IMG/VR virus record: IMGVR_UViG_3300028886_000036
Location: 192,001-256,000 of that record
Length of the DNA: 64,000 bases
Source of the DNA: a virus
Taxonomy: Duplodnaviria > Caudoviricetes
Direction: 5' to 3' (one strand)
The notes beneath the pieces are model-generated. The model ran no database searches, was not told where the DNA came from, and saw nothing but the letters and a program-made list of their open reading frames with translations. Below are positions 18,492 through 28,629 of the stretch, piece after piece. The position numbers and the translations under genes are program-made. How positions within the stretch are numbered: position 1 is the stretch's first letter; every line of letters starts with the position of its first letter.

Positions 18492-19412
18492 ATGATTTCA
18501 CATAAAAAGGTTGGAACTATTGGTGAAGCTAAAACTTTAGCTAAATTATCCGAATATGGAATTGATTGCTATTTGCCTTTTAATGAAGATACTAAATCTG
18601 ATATTGTAGCAGATATTAATGGCACGTTAACAAGGATACAGATTAAAACATCTAATAGAATTGTTCATAACTCGTTAATTGTTAAAATACAGCAATCCGG
18701 AAATCATGAAGCATATTTAGCGAAAGATGTTGATTATTTTGTTATTTATAATATGATTGACGATGAACTTTATATGATTACTCGTGTCGATACAGAAAAA
18801 TATGCTGGTAAGTCGGTTAGTATTAAAATAAGATATGATAGAGCTATATATAGGGATACCTTACAAAGTAAGGATATTTTAATTGACGATGTGCTGACTA
18901 GAGATTTAAAGGTAGCTAAAATAATATCTGAAAACTGCTCAGACACCACCAAGATCTCAGAGGCAGATTCAGCTTTAAGAAAAAAATCTAAAAAGCCTTC
19001 TAAGGACGCAATGGTAGATTTATTAAAAGAGTATAAAATAAGTGAGATAGCAGACATTTTTAATGTAACAGGTCAAACTATAAGAAAATGGTGCGCTGAA
19101 TTAGGCATTGAAATTTCTGAGTATACGCGTGAATGTTTGGTTGAAAAAACTTGTGCGTTATGCGGTAAAAAATTTATGACTAAAGATAAGTCTAGAAAAT
19201 TTTGTTCTAAAGAATGTTTAGACAATAGAGGATTAGTTAAAGTTGATTTAAATGATGTAATTAAAATGCATAAAGCTGGTAGTTCTATGAGAGAAATTGG
19301 AAGAAAATACGGGGTCCATCATAAAATGATTTCTAAGTTTTTGAAAAAATTTGATGAAAACCCAAGTTATATAAAATTTGCTACAGAAATTGAAGACGTT
19401 AAACAAGAGTAG
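18492..19412 (+). CDS. free-standing PD-(D/E)xK homing endonuclease-like protein with HTH and Zn finger
   Basis: KKVG.IGE, SDIVAD...RIQIKTS, Y...DVDYF; CALCGKKF...KFCSKEC; two HTH-like segments. Confidence 0.8.
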   Translation: MISHKKVGTIGEAKTLAKLSEYGIDCYLPFNEDTKSDIVADINGTLTRIQIKTSNRIVHNSLIVKIQQSGNHEAYLAKDVDYFVIYNMIDDELYMITRVDTEKYAGKSVSIKIRYDRAIYRDTLQSKDILIDDVLTRDLKVAKIISENCSDTTKISEADSALRKKSKKPSKDAMVDLLKEYKISEIADIFNVTGQTIRKWCAELGIEISEYTRECLVEKTCALCGKKFMTKDKSRKFCSKECLDNRGLVKVDLNDVIKMHKAGSSMREIGRKYGVHHKMISKFLKKFDENPSYIKFATEIEDVKQE

Positions 19413-19421
19413 GTAACTTTA

Positions 19422-19496
19422 GCACTGATCGTTCATGTAGTAGGACTGGATCCTTGTAAGATCCAAAAAAGTGTGCAAGTCACTTTCAGTGCTCCA
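19422..19496 (+). tRNA. tRNA-Thr(TGT)
   Basis: GCACTGA/TCAGTGC acceptor, GGATC-CT TGT AA-GATCC, CCA; non-canonical T loop. Confidence 0.8.
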
Positions 19497-19518
19497 TAAA
19501 ATATAAAATTAGTTAAAT

Positions 19519-19603
19519 GCCCAGGTGATGGAATGGAAGACATTGAGGACTTAAAATCCTCTGGCATCGCGCCGTGGGGGTTCGAATCCCCCTCTGGGCA
19601 CCA
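19519..19603 (+). tRNA. tRNA-Leu(TAA)
   Basis: cloverleaf with variable arm, CCA. Confidence 0.95.
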
Positions 19604-19607
19604 CTAC

Positions 19608-19683
19608 GGACTCGTAGCTCAATTGGTAGAGTCGGCGACTTATAATCGCCAGGTTCTGGGATCGTACCCCAGCGGGTCCTCCA
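19608..19683 (+). tRNA. tRNA-Ile(TAT)
   Basis: GGCGA-CT TAT AA-TCGCC anticodon arm, CCA. Confidence 0.85.
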
Positions 19684-19739
19684 AATTTGATTTCAAAACT
19701 AATAAGTTTTAATATAAATGCAGGTGGTGATCACCTTCA

Positions 19740-20378
19740 ATGAGTATATTGTTTAATAATGTTTATCAAGGTCCACCTGGACCACCAGAATTTGAATATC
19801 CTATTTTATATGATGGGTATTTTATTCCTTATTCAGCTGATTATAATTTACGTAACGCTTTATCTCAACAATTAGGTAAGAATATTTCTTATGGAGTTAT
19901 TGGATATATTGATTCGGCATATGCTTTATCTAAATATAATGTTACTGTTAATGATACTGGGTCTATGGATCCTATGAAATTTGGATTTACGAAGCCTGAT
20001 GGTACTAAAGGAATTAATACTATTAAGCAATTTATGTTTAGTGCGGTAGATATGTACGGAGAAATTTATTTAAGCACTAATGGATTTTTAACAGAATATA
20101 GTGAATATAATGATGATGAGAATAGTTCGCCTAAAATAATGGTTGAATTTCAGTTGACTTATGAAAACTACGATAGTAATGGAGATAGAACTCTATTTAT
20201 TAGAACTAATACGCAGTTCGCTGAATTCTTGGATCTTAGAAATTGTGTATCAACTACAAGCGGTGGTGCTACTTATCATACATTTAACAGTAGTAGAGAA
20301 TATAATTCGATATATCTAACTGGATTTTTATCTGTTTCTGCTCCTTTTAGACTTACAGCTAGAGTACTGTCAAGTTAA
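19740..20378 (+). CDS. hypothetical protein
   Basis: ORF track, Y/N/S-rich. Confidence 0.65.
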   Translation: MSILFNNVYQGPPGPPEFEYPILYDGYFIPYSADYNLRNALSQQLGKNISYGVIGYIDSAYALSKYNVTVNDTGSMDPMKFGFTKPDGTKGINTIKQFMFSAVDMYGEIYLSTNGFLTEYSEYNDDENSSPKIMVEFQLTYENYDSNGDRTLFIRTNTQFAEFLDLRNCVSTTSGGATYHTFNSSREYNSIYLTGFLSVSAPFRLTARVLSS

Positions 20379-20652
20379 CTATTTATAAAAGAAGTGATTA
20401 TAAATATTTATGCGAATGGTCAGTTACACGTAATCCTTATCCAATAGATATCACTTAAAGAAAGGATTGTGACATGTCTAATGACTGAATGGTACTTTAC
20501 AAATGGAACTTCTTCTAATAATACAATAAAAGTTGAATATGTAGCCTTTATTCCAAATACTGGGAATATGTAGAACGTTAGCAAATAAAAACCAGTAGAA
20601 GATAAGCTGTATGTTTGATTTATAGTTTATTGTAAAGGAGTGAATACTATGC

Positions 20653-21525
20653 ATGTTTAGTAAAAAACTTTTGATACAAAATAAAGATAGCCCATATTTA
20701 ATATATAGACTTACATATGCGGAGTGTCAGGCGTACCATAGTTCTTTAACACTTGGGTATGTTATTAAGAATCGTGATGAAAAGTTTAAGGTAGTTGCGA
20801 TTGCAAATAATCTATATATCAATAATAATGGATATATTTATGGAAATAGTGACGATCCACTTTATACTTATTCACGTTTTACAGATAGTCAATGGTATGA
20901 ATTACGTGTTTACTGTGATGATAGTATAATGAATCTGGGAAGTTTTTTTCTTAGAGACTTCTATGTTTTTACTAGATATGAGCCTTCAACATATTTATAT
21001 TTTTATGGGGATGGACGAGATTTAGTTTATGACGCTTCAGGTGGATATTATTCGGTTTTTCGGTCTGATAGACAACAACAATATTCTGGGGATTATACTT
21101 CGATGTCTATAAACACGATATCAGCTATACAAGATTCTTTTAATTTATATGCTGCACAAGTTAGGGATAATCCACAGTCAGATCCCGTAGAATTTGATCA
21201 AATGAGAACTGTTGAAGTTGAATTTGATTATAATTCTAGCTATGAATTAAATGTTGAAGGATTATTAGTAACTATTAATAGTGATACACTAAATATTAGT
21301 TTACAATATTCTTCTCAAAATCTGAGTTTACAATTCTATAGAATATCATTAAATCAATCTGAAATAGCACAAATTCCAGTATATGCTAATTCAGATAGTC
21401 GAGTATATACCATTCCAAGTAATGCCCCAGATTTAATAAATGGAATTAATAGTCTTACTGTTGTAGCTAGATTAAGTGATAATTCTGAGTCTATATCAGA
21501 AAACACATTCGTTTATAATGCATAG
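20653..21525 (+). CDS. hypothetical protein with C-terminal Ig-like segment
   Basis: AAGGAG RBS; L.NG.NSLTVVA...S.SE.TFVY end. Confidence 0.6.
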   Translation: MFSKKLLIQNKDSPYLIYRLTYAECQAYHSSLTLGYVIKNRDEKFKVVAIANNLYINNNGYIYGNSDDPLYTYSRFTDSQWYELRVYCDDSIMNLGSFFLRDFYVFTRYEPSTYLYFYGDGRDLVYDASGGYYSVFRSDRQQQYSGDYTSMSINTISAIQDSFNLYAAQVRDNPQSDPVEFDQMRTVEVEFDYNSSYELNVEGLLVTINSDTLNISLQYSSQNLSLQFYRISLNQSEIAQIPVYANSDSRVYTIPSNAPDLINGINSLTVVARLSDNSESISENTFVYNA

Positions 21526-21541
21526 AAAGGATGATTCTTAT

Positions 21542-21709
21542 ATGGTTAAATATTTTTTTGAGTCAAATGGAAATAAGACCGAGGTTTCTGAAGTGATTTT
21601 TAATTCAGTTAAAAATCATTATGATAACAGTAGAATGTCTGCTACTGGAGATAGTTTTGGTAATGAAGAAATCACTCTTTCTGTAGAAGAAAGCGACATG
21701 CCTTTTTGA
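21542..21709 (+). CDS. small hypothetical protein
   Basis: AAAGGA RBS then MVKYFFESNG... Confidence 0.55.
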   Translation: MVKYFFESNGNKTEVSEVIFNSVKNHYDNSRMSATGDSFGNEEITLSVEESDMPF

Positions 21710-22089
21710 AAGGACTTGAAATAACATATGACTGAATGGTACTTTACAGAAGACAGTAATGGCGTCAGAACAATGGTTAAGAAGAAGGATTATAAGGAGC
21801 TTCAGTATAAGAGATTTAAGAATAATGAAGATCCTTATCCTCAGGATGTAGATACTACTAAACATAATTTGGTAGTGCATACACTTCATATTTAAAGAGG
21901 TGTCAATATGCTAGGTTATGCATTTACTTGGCTTACACAAGCTAAAGATAGTGTAGCTAATTTCTTCCTTGGTGTTCCAGTAACTATCTTTGTCACACTT
22001 GGTATTATTTTCTTTATAGCGATGTTCTTCTTTGCATTTAAGAAGAAGGATTAGATAAAATTAAAAATAGAGAAAGGATTTGATCTATA

Positions 22090-22689
22090 ATGTTGGGTAG
22101 TTATAACATTAACGTTGCTCCTAGTAAGCTTCCTCAGAAGGTTGCTACTGCTTTTGGTGAGATTTTTAGTAATATGGTTGGTGCGGAGTACACACCAATT
22201 GCGTATCTTGGTGATAAGGTTGTTTCAGGTGTGAACCATGCTATCCTTGCAACTCAGACCATGATTACTGGTACCGATGTTCATAATGTGGTTCTTGTGG
22301 TTCTGAATGAGAAGGATGATAAGTTTAGTTTGGTTGAGATCACCACACTGCTTTCAGATTCTGGTCGTATGGGCGGTCTCCAGGTTGCTCCTACTATTAA
22401 TATCCCTGAAGAGGCTATGACGGTTTTTAATAACACTCTTGCTGGTTTTGTTGGTAGTAAGGTTACTCCTTTTGCTCTGCTTGCTACTCAGGTTGTTAAT
22501 GGCTTTAAGTATGTGTTTGCTTGTGAGAGCACTGCTGTTCTTTCACCTGAAGCTATGCGTACCAGCAACTACAATCAGGTTGTACTTGTGAGTGTTTACT
22601 CTAACTACGACAAGATTGAGTTTAATACTGTTATTGAGGGCGTTCCTGCTCAGGGTGCTCTTGGCGCTCCTCTTGGCGAATGGCCTTAA
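22090..22689 (+). CDS. hypothetical protein with internal two-domain duplication
   Basis: repeated F....VG..YTP.A.L..QVV.G motif. Confidence 0.75.
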   Translation: MLGSYNINVAPSKLPQKVATAFGEIFSNMVGAEYTPIAYLGDKVVSGVNHAILATQTMITGTDVHNVVLVVLNEKDDKFSLVEITTLLSDSGRMGGLQVAPTINIPEEAMTVFNNTLAGFVGSKVTPFALLATQVVNGFKYVFACESTAVLSPEAMRTSNYNQVVLVSVYSNYDKIEFNTVIEGVPAQGALGAPLGEWP

Positions 22690-22824
22690 TAAATAATATT
22701 TCTTTCATAATAAACCTCTAGAGGGGTGAAACTCCCCTCAACCCTTTTCTTTTGACCAGTTTTTCTAGATTAAAAAGCTGAGACCCTTGTTATAGGAGAC
22801 CCATACTTATGGAGGTAGCTAAAA

Positions 22825-23787
22825 ATGAAAATTATATCTAGTAGTACATATGATGAGATGATGCATAATCATCTAGAATTAACCGAGGATCTTTATTTTG
22901 AGATACCTTCTGGAGAAAAATTAAGAAAGTTCTGTAAGAAGATACGTTATGGATTACATCCTGAAATATTTAATTATTATCGGGAACATGATCTTGATCT
23001 TTTTACAGTATATAAGGATTATCTAGTAATCCATAACGATAGTCTTTGGAAGGAACTTAAAAAGAAAGATGAGGATTCTAAAATGATTAAAACTAACTAT
23101 ACATTAGATGAGCTTGGGAGTAAGTTTAAATATTCAATCTTGATTACAGCCCCAATAAATGATTCAATTACCTATGACCTTATTGATATTGTTAAGAGTA
23201 AATTTCGCATTGATAAAGATTTCAATATCGGTATATTCAAAGTTATTAATGCTATATATAGTGACGATATGGAGGAAAATTTGGGTTACTATCTTTCAGA
23301 CAATAACAATATGGGATTTCCTCTTTGTAACGGTGGATATGAGTTTATTTTAGATAATGGTAAATTAACGGTAGAAAGCGATCAGGTTTCATCAAATAAG
23401 CCTTGTATTAAAAAATTTACCTGTAGTTTTGAGTTATCAGAAAAAAAGAATCAAAAGAAGCAAGCCACTGAAAATGTTAATTCTGGAAGTCTTGAATCTA
23501 GTGGACCTTGGCATGAACCTGAAAAGGTCAAAGCTATTAGAGAAACTATTGAAGCCGTAATGAAAAACACAGGCAAGACAGATCTTAAAGATATTGATCT
23601 TGACATGCTCAGTAGTTGTATTAATGCAACCTTTAATAGAGAAAAGATGTTCTATAAATGGTTGAATGAGTTTACCAATGAAGAAGTTGATGATAAGACA
23701 ATTAAGTTTGCATTCAAATTCTTAGACTGGGTTCTTTTGAATAAACTTGATTCAGAGAAAACTAACGGTATTTGTTTTAAAGAGTAA
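22825..23787 (+). CDS. hypothetical protein
   Basis: ORF track, GGAGG RBS. Confidence 0.7.
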   Translation: MKIISSSTYDEMMHNHLELTEDLYFEIPSGEKLRKFCKKIRYGLHPEIFNYYREHDLDLFTVYKDYLVIHNDSLWKELKKKDEDSKMIKTNYTLDELGSKFKYSILITAPINDSITYDLIDIVKSKFRIDKDFNIGIFKVINAIYSDDMEENLGYYLSDNNNMGFPLCNGGYEFILDNGKLTVESDQVSSNKPCIKKFTCSFELSEKKNQKKQATENVNSGSLESSGPWHEPEKVKAIRETIEAVMKNTGKTDLKDIDLDMLSSCINATFNREKMFYKWLNEFTNEEVDDKTIKFAFKFLDWVLLNKLDSEKTNGICFKE

Positions 23788-23797
23788 TATTAACATT

Positions 23798-23875
23798 CGG
23801 GTATTAGCGCAGTCTGGTTAGCGTATCTGCTTTGGGAGCAGAGGGTCGAAGGTTCAAATCCTTCATACCCGACCA
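23798..23875 (+). tRNA. tRNA-Pro(TGG)
   Basis: canonical cloverleaf, CCA. Confidence 0.95.
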
Positions 23876-23983
23876 TTAAGACTTACAACATTTATATGTT
23901 TGTAAATAAAGTTTGCCAACACATTTGCCGCGATGTGTTGATGAAGAACGTTATCAGTCATGGATAACACCCTCCTTTGGAAG

Positions 23984-24011
23984 AAGCCTAGCTTAACCGC
24001 TAGGCTTTTTT
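23984..24011 (+). terminator. intrinsic terminator
   Basis: AAGCCTAGC-TTAACC-GCTAGGCTT followed by a T run. Confidence 0.75.
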
Positions 24012-24075
24012 ATTGACAATTAAACAAAGCAATGTTATAATTAGTTTAATCTTAAGCATAAAGGAAGTGTATATA

Positions 24076-24465
24076 ATGTCAGAATGGTTTGGTCATGAGC
24101 CATATATTCCAAATCCTAGTGGAATATATAAAAAAGATATTAATTATGTGGCTACTGAAGAAGAAGTTAATCAAGCAAAAGAAAAAACTATGATTGATGA
24201 TGATTGCGGGTATGATGGAGGTAAATGGATTAATACTTCAGTTAGTAGCGAAGTACCAATTGAAGTAAAAGTTTTATGTAATGAAACTTGTAGAAAACAA
24301 ATGGATTATTATGAGGATACTATAGTTAAACTCAATGATATGAATAGGCATCTTAAAGATAAAGTTACATTGTATACTATATTAACTTATTTCTTTGCAT
24401 TAACTACTGGGTTGCCTCTTTTATATATGATGGTAGAATATCTTACCTTAAAAGGAATAATGTAA
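24076..24465 (+). CDS. hypothetical protein with C-terminal TM helix
   Basis: promoter at 24013, AAGGAAG RBS, start MSEWFG. Confidence 0.6.
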   Translation: MSEWFGHEPYIPNPSGIYKKDINYVATEEEVNQAKEKTMIDDDCGYDGGKWINTSVSSEVPIEVKVLCNETCRKQMDYYEDTIVKLNDMNRHLKDKVTLYTILTYFFALTTGLPLLYMMVEYLTLKGIM

Positions 24466-24507
24466 GATGAAAAAGAAAGGTAGATAACCTCTACCTTTCT
24501 TTTATTT

Positions 24508-25146
24508 CTATGAACTAAACATTTTCTTCTTAATCGGACTTAACATAAAGAATGCAGATACTTTGTACTGTTTATTAGCATTTTCAATTACAACTTCTTC
24601 CTGAAGATAGCTACTAATACTTGGAGTCCTTTTATTAAAGAAACTAATCTCATAAGTACTATCTTTATAGTATGCTATTCTAATATCTATACCACAAATA
24701 GTATCTTTAACAGCATATCTATCACCATAATAGTTAAGACGTATAAATGTTATCTTATCATTGAACTTTATTTTAGCGTAGATACATTTATTAAGCATAT
24801 CTAACGCTTTTTCAAACGAAACGTTAAAGTAATTACAAAATTCATTCATAGTTTTTTCTATTGATTTAGCCCATGCCATAGACAGTTTTCTCTCACGGAT
24901 AACGTCTTTCCTATGTAGTTCTTCCATATAGGCTAAACGTTCTTTTTGAAGTGATAGGTAAAATTTTTTAGTTGTATAACATTTCTCTCTTCCACAATAT
25001 ACGTTCTTTGCGCTAATTGTTCCATTAAGTTTTATTTCATTAATGGCAATAATCTCATTTTGAGATATGTCGTCCTGATATTCTTCTCTCCATAAGAATG
25101 TACTTAAGTCTAAACTTTCCTCACACGCCATATTTATAGATACCAC
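24508..25146 (-). CDS. hypothetical protein (inverted island)
   Basis: ORF track; bidirectional terminator downstream. Confidence 0.65.
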   Translation of the reverse strand: MVSINMACEESLDLSTFLWREEYQDDISQNEIIAINEIKLNGTISAKNVYCGREKCYTTKKFYLSLQKERLAYMEELHRKDVIRERKLSMAWAKSIEKTMNEFCNYFNVSFEKALDMLNKCIYAKIKFNDKITFIRLNYYGDRYAVKDTICGIDIRIAYYKDSTYEISFFNKRTPSISSYLQEEVVIENANKQYKVSAFFMLSPIKKKMFSS

Positions 25147-25274
25147 CTTTCTTTTAAATTTTTATAAAAAGAAACCCTAGCCAGTGACGTGGATAACTAG
25201 GGTTTCCTTTATATTGGGTGAAAGTTATGCAGTTTGATTAACTACGGACTATCTCTAGCCATAACAGGTACCTC

Positions 25275-25601
25275 CTACTTTCTCTGAAATATTGGACCAG
25301 TATATACTGGGTATAACAGCCATTCAATTAACGGGACACTCTTGGCATATTTAGCAAACACAAAAGTTTTATGTGTGCCAGAATCAATTTCAATATGCCA
25401 TAGAGTTTGACATTGGTCATAGATAGGTGTTTTTTTAATTTCTTCATGCAAGAATTTCCGTGGGTTTTCAGTATTAAGAAATTTCTCATACTCTTCTTCC
25501 GATACTTCATTCCCAACAGAATCTAAAAATTTTGATTCAATAACATATTTACTTGCATGAGCTTTATTACTAATCCGGTATAGTCCTTTTTCTACTACCA
25601 T
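25275..25601 (-). CDS. hypothetical protein (inverted island)
   Basis: AGGAG RBS. Confidence 0.65.
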   Translation of the reverse strand: MVVEKGLYRISNKAHASKYVIESKFLDSVGNEVSEEEYEKFLNTENPRKFLHEEIKKTPIYDQCQTLWHIEIDSGTHKTFVFAKYAKSVPLIEWLLYPVYTGPIFQRK

Positions 25602-25657
25602 ATTTTCTCCTAAAGTAATTCCGGGCTAGATTTATATCCAGCCCGGAATGATTAAAT

Positions 25658-26452
25658 CTACTTACAATATTTTTCGCAGAACGCGTTGTATCCAGTCTCG
25701 TTGTTAGTGTATACGTCGATCTTGTGCTTCTCATCAGCACGATCTGTGTGGAACCCAGACGTATCAACAAAAGTCGCAACGTCACTGGTGTGGAAAGCAA
25801 TGAGCTTTGAACCCATGTCGATTCCAGCGAACCCGTTCTTTAACTTGATAACTGGATACTTCTTTACAGAAGCATCCACTCTCGTGTCAAAGTACTTAAC
25901 ACCCTTTAGTGCTTTTGGCTCAGTCGGAATAAGCTTTTTTGCGTCCGGAGAATCAACAAGAATCGCCAAAGAACCTTTCTGATACATGTTAGGAAGCTTT
26001 ATAAGCTTTTCCATACCCTCAAACGACGCTGACGAATAAACATACTCGTTTACGACATCGTTGATAAACTGGTACAGATGCTCTGTATCCGGTTCTTTAG
26101 GAAGCCTTTCGCCCTCCACCATCATCTTGGTAATGATATACCTTCCATTAGTGGGATTAAAACCACCAATGCCAAGGATGTGATATACGGCTCCGTGGTG
26201 CGCCAGAGGAGCTTCTTTGGAGAAAAAGCTTCGAAGGATGCAGACGAACTTGAACTCCTGAAACAACGCTCCATACGGCATGATGCACTCGGTAACGCGC
26301 TTCACCTTGAACTGCACTGCCTCCCCTGCAAAGACTTTAGTACTTAAAGTCTTTCCATCCGAGTCTTCGATTTCACACGACACGGGGAAGTCTTGGGTAT
26401 AGATATACTTCACCCACCAATTGTTGCTGCGCTCGTTGTTATTGTCGGTCAT
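25658..26452 (-). CDS. hypothetical protein, distant paralog of 26586-27692
   Basis: AAGGAGG RBS before MTDNN; class-I motif at 26509. Confidence 0.7.
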   Translation of the reverse strand: MTDNNNERSNNWWVKYIYTQDFPVSCEIEDSDGKTLSTKVFAGEAVQFKVKRVTECIMPYGALFQEFKFVCILRSFFSKEAPLAHHGAVYHILGIGGFNPTNGRYIITKMMVEGERLPKEPDTEHLYQFINDVVNEYVYSSASFEGMEKLIKLPNMYQKGSLAILVDSPDAKKLIPTEPKALKGVKYFDTRVDASVKKYPVIKLKNGFAGIDMGSKLIAFHTSDVATFVDTSGFHTDRADEKHKIDVYTNNETGYNAFCEKYCK

Positions 26453-26585
26453 TTTTATGACCTCCTTATTGAGATTAAGTCCTGTGATAGAAACAGAACT
26501 CACAATAATAATATATATACAAATTTTGAGATAGACTTAAAAATAAAAAGAGCCCCACAATTAAGTGGGACTCTTATATAGAACA

Positions 26586-27692
26586 TTAGTCATCAAACAC
26601 AACATCTTTGTTGTAAACTAATTTCATCAACTTCTTAAAAGACGGCTTAGTATGCAGGAACCTGAAGAATGGATGAGCATCGTCTGCTAAAGTTCTATCA
26701 AGAATTCCGTCTCTGACAAACCAATCATAGTCATCCATTCGAAAAACCCAAAACGCATGATAGTACTGGTCAGGCCAGTACACCAAAACCCAACCTGTTT
26801 CAGTATCTAACGCAGTAGCTAACGGTGGGTTCTTCAGGAGCTCGTTAGATTTTGAAGTGATGTTTTCGCTTAGAATAATACCGGAAACCTCAAGCTTCCC
26901 AAACAACTTAATATATTCAGTTGATGGAGAAGCACTAGTGTACTGATTAATAGTACCAGCATGTTTTCCAGTAGACTCATACGTAGTCGTTTTTATTTCT
27001 ACAATGGGCCGATTTTTCTTTTCAGAAATTTCCTTCTCTTCTTTGTCATAAAGTATAGGCCAATCAAGGTTAGAAAGAAAGAACTCGAAATTTTTGTACC
27101 TATACTTAGAAGAGTAAAATTTCTTAGGATTGATCTGATATTGCTCTCTATCAGGCATATTTTGAACTTCCCGATCAAGATAGATTAGCTCGTTCCCTAC
27201 AGTCTCCAAAAGAGACATGAAATAATGCCCACTGTTGCTATCTTCCAACGCAATTCTTTCAAACATTTCTCCATTTGTACTAACTCGTACTAATTTATAG
27301 CATCCATCAGATACATCATAATGGAGTAGTATATCGTTGACATACTTAGCGCATAACATAGGTACGTCTTTTTCAGGCCATTTTCTGCGATATGCATGTT
27401 TTATTGTCAACCTGATAACAACGTTTCCGGGGTTATTCCCACGTACAAGTCGTGTAGGCCAAATACGAATAAGTTGACCTTCACGAACTTCTTCCATTCC
27501 GATAGGAATGCCTAATTTTTTATCGAAGACCATAGCCGGGCCATATGGAATTCTGCCAAACTCATATTTAACAAGTAAGCAATTCTCCCATAATGGTGAC
27601 CATCCCCATGTACTTTGCGACTCAAGTCTATTCTCTCGGGTAAAAATTCTACCCCCGAGATCCTGTTCTTTTCTCGCCCAATAATATAACAT
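26586..27692 (-). CDS. hypothetical protein, distant paralog of 25658-26452
   Basis: ORF track; class-I motif at 27745. Confidence 0.7.
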   Translation of the reverse strand: MLYYWARKEQDLGGRIFTRENRLESQSTWGWSPLWENCLLVKYEFGRIPYGPAMVFDKKLGIPIGMEEVREGQLIRIWPTRLVRGNNPGNVVIRLTIKHAYRRKWPEKDVPMLCAKYVNDILLHYDVSDGCYKLVRVSTNGEMFERIALEDSNSGHYFMSLLETVGNELIYLDREVQNMPDREQYQINPKKFYSSKYRYKNFEFFLSNLDWPILYDKEEKEISEKKNRPIVEIKTTTYESTGKHAGTINQYTSASPSTEYIKLFGKLEVSGIILSENITSKSNELLKNPPLATALDTETGWVLVYWPDQYYHAFWVFRMDDYDWFVRDGILDRTLADDAHPFFRFLHTKPSFKKLMKLVYNKDVVFDD

Positions 27693-28116
27693 GGTATTAC
27701 CGCCTTTCGTAAAATTAGCCCTGTAGATACAGAACTTATTAACATTATATACTTACAAATTTTAGACTTGACAAATAGTGTAATGTCTATTATAATTACA
27801 GTATCTTAATGAAGGGGTTGATCATAGCATGATTAACAAAGACTTTATTTCTAAGTATCCTTTTGATATACCAGGTATTGTTTATAAGAAAGATTATTGG
27901 GACGATAACTATGAATATGAAGAAGATGATGATGAAGATAAAGACAGTTGGATGTCTCTATAATTAGTTTAAGGAGGATTATAATATGTCTAGATTTACA
28001 GCTGAAAGTTTTGAGGATATGCTACATAGTATTCATTATATCTCTAGAACTCTTGAAAGAATTGAAAAGTTGCTTGTAGATATTGATGAAAAGATTAATA
28101 GGAAGGAGTCTTAATT

Positions 28117-28386
28117 ATGCCAATGAAGAATCATTTTGATTATATGGTACATGACGCAGTATATAGACCTTATGAATCCCCAATGCCATTTACTGAAGGT
28201 CTTTATATGGATATTAAGGATTATATTGAATCCTTAGAAAGACGTATTGAAGAACTTGAAAAGAAAGTTGAAGAAAGTAATAATAAAAGTAATGTTCATA
28301 TTACTATTGATACACCAGAGATTAATAGTCCGAGAGTTTGGTGGGATACTAAATCACCATATACTATTAACTCACCAACTTGTTAA
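28117..28386 (+). CDS. hypothetical protein
   Basis: RBS, ORF track. Confidence 0.6.
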   Translation: MPMKNHFDYMVHDAVYRPYESPMPFTEGLYMDIKDYIESLERRIEELEKKVEESNNKSNVHITIDTPEINSPRVWWDTKSPYTINSPTC

Positions 28387-28401
28387 GAAGGAGGAATTAT
28401 A

Positions 28402-28629
28402 ATGAGTTTAGGTGTTATTCTTGTAATAGCTATATGCATTGCAACTTTATTTAGTTGTATTGCTGATATAATGTTTGACATTAAGTTAATTAATTCTAAT
28501 ATAGATGCTTTGGAAAAGAACTTCTATGATAGAATGTTTCAAACTGAGAACAAATTTAGACAGCTAGATACTAAATATAGTCTCAGTAGTATTAGATTTA
28601 AAAAACTAGAAAAGGAGATTGATAAGTAA
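28402..28629 (+). CDS. small membrane protein
   Basis: N-terminal TM, RBS. Confidence 0.6.
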   Translation: MSLGVILVIAICIATLFSCIADIMFDIKLINSNIDALEKNFYDRMFQTENKFRQLDTKYSLSSIRFKKLEKEIDK

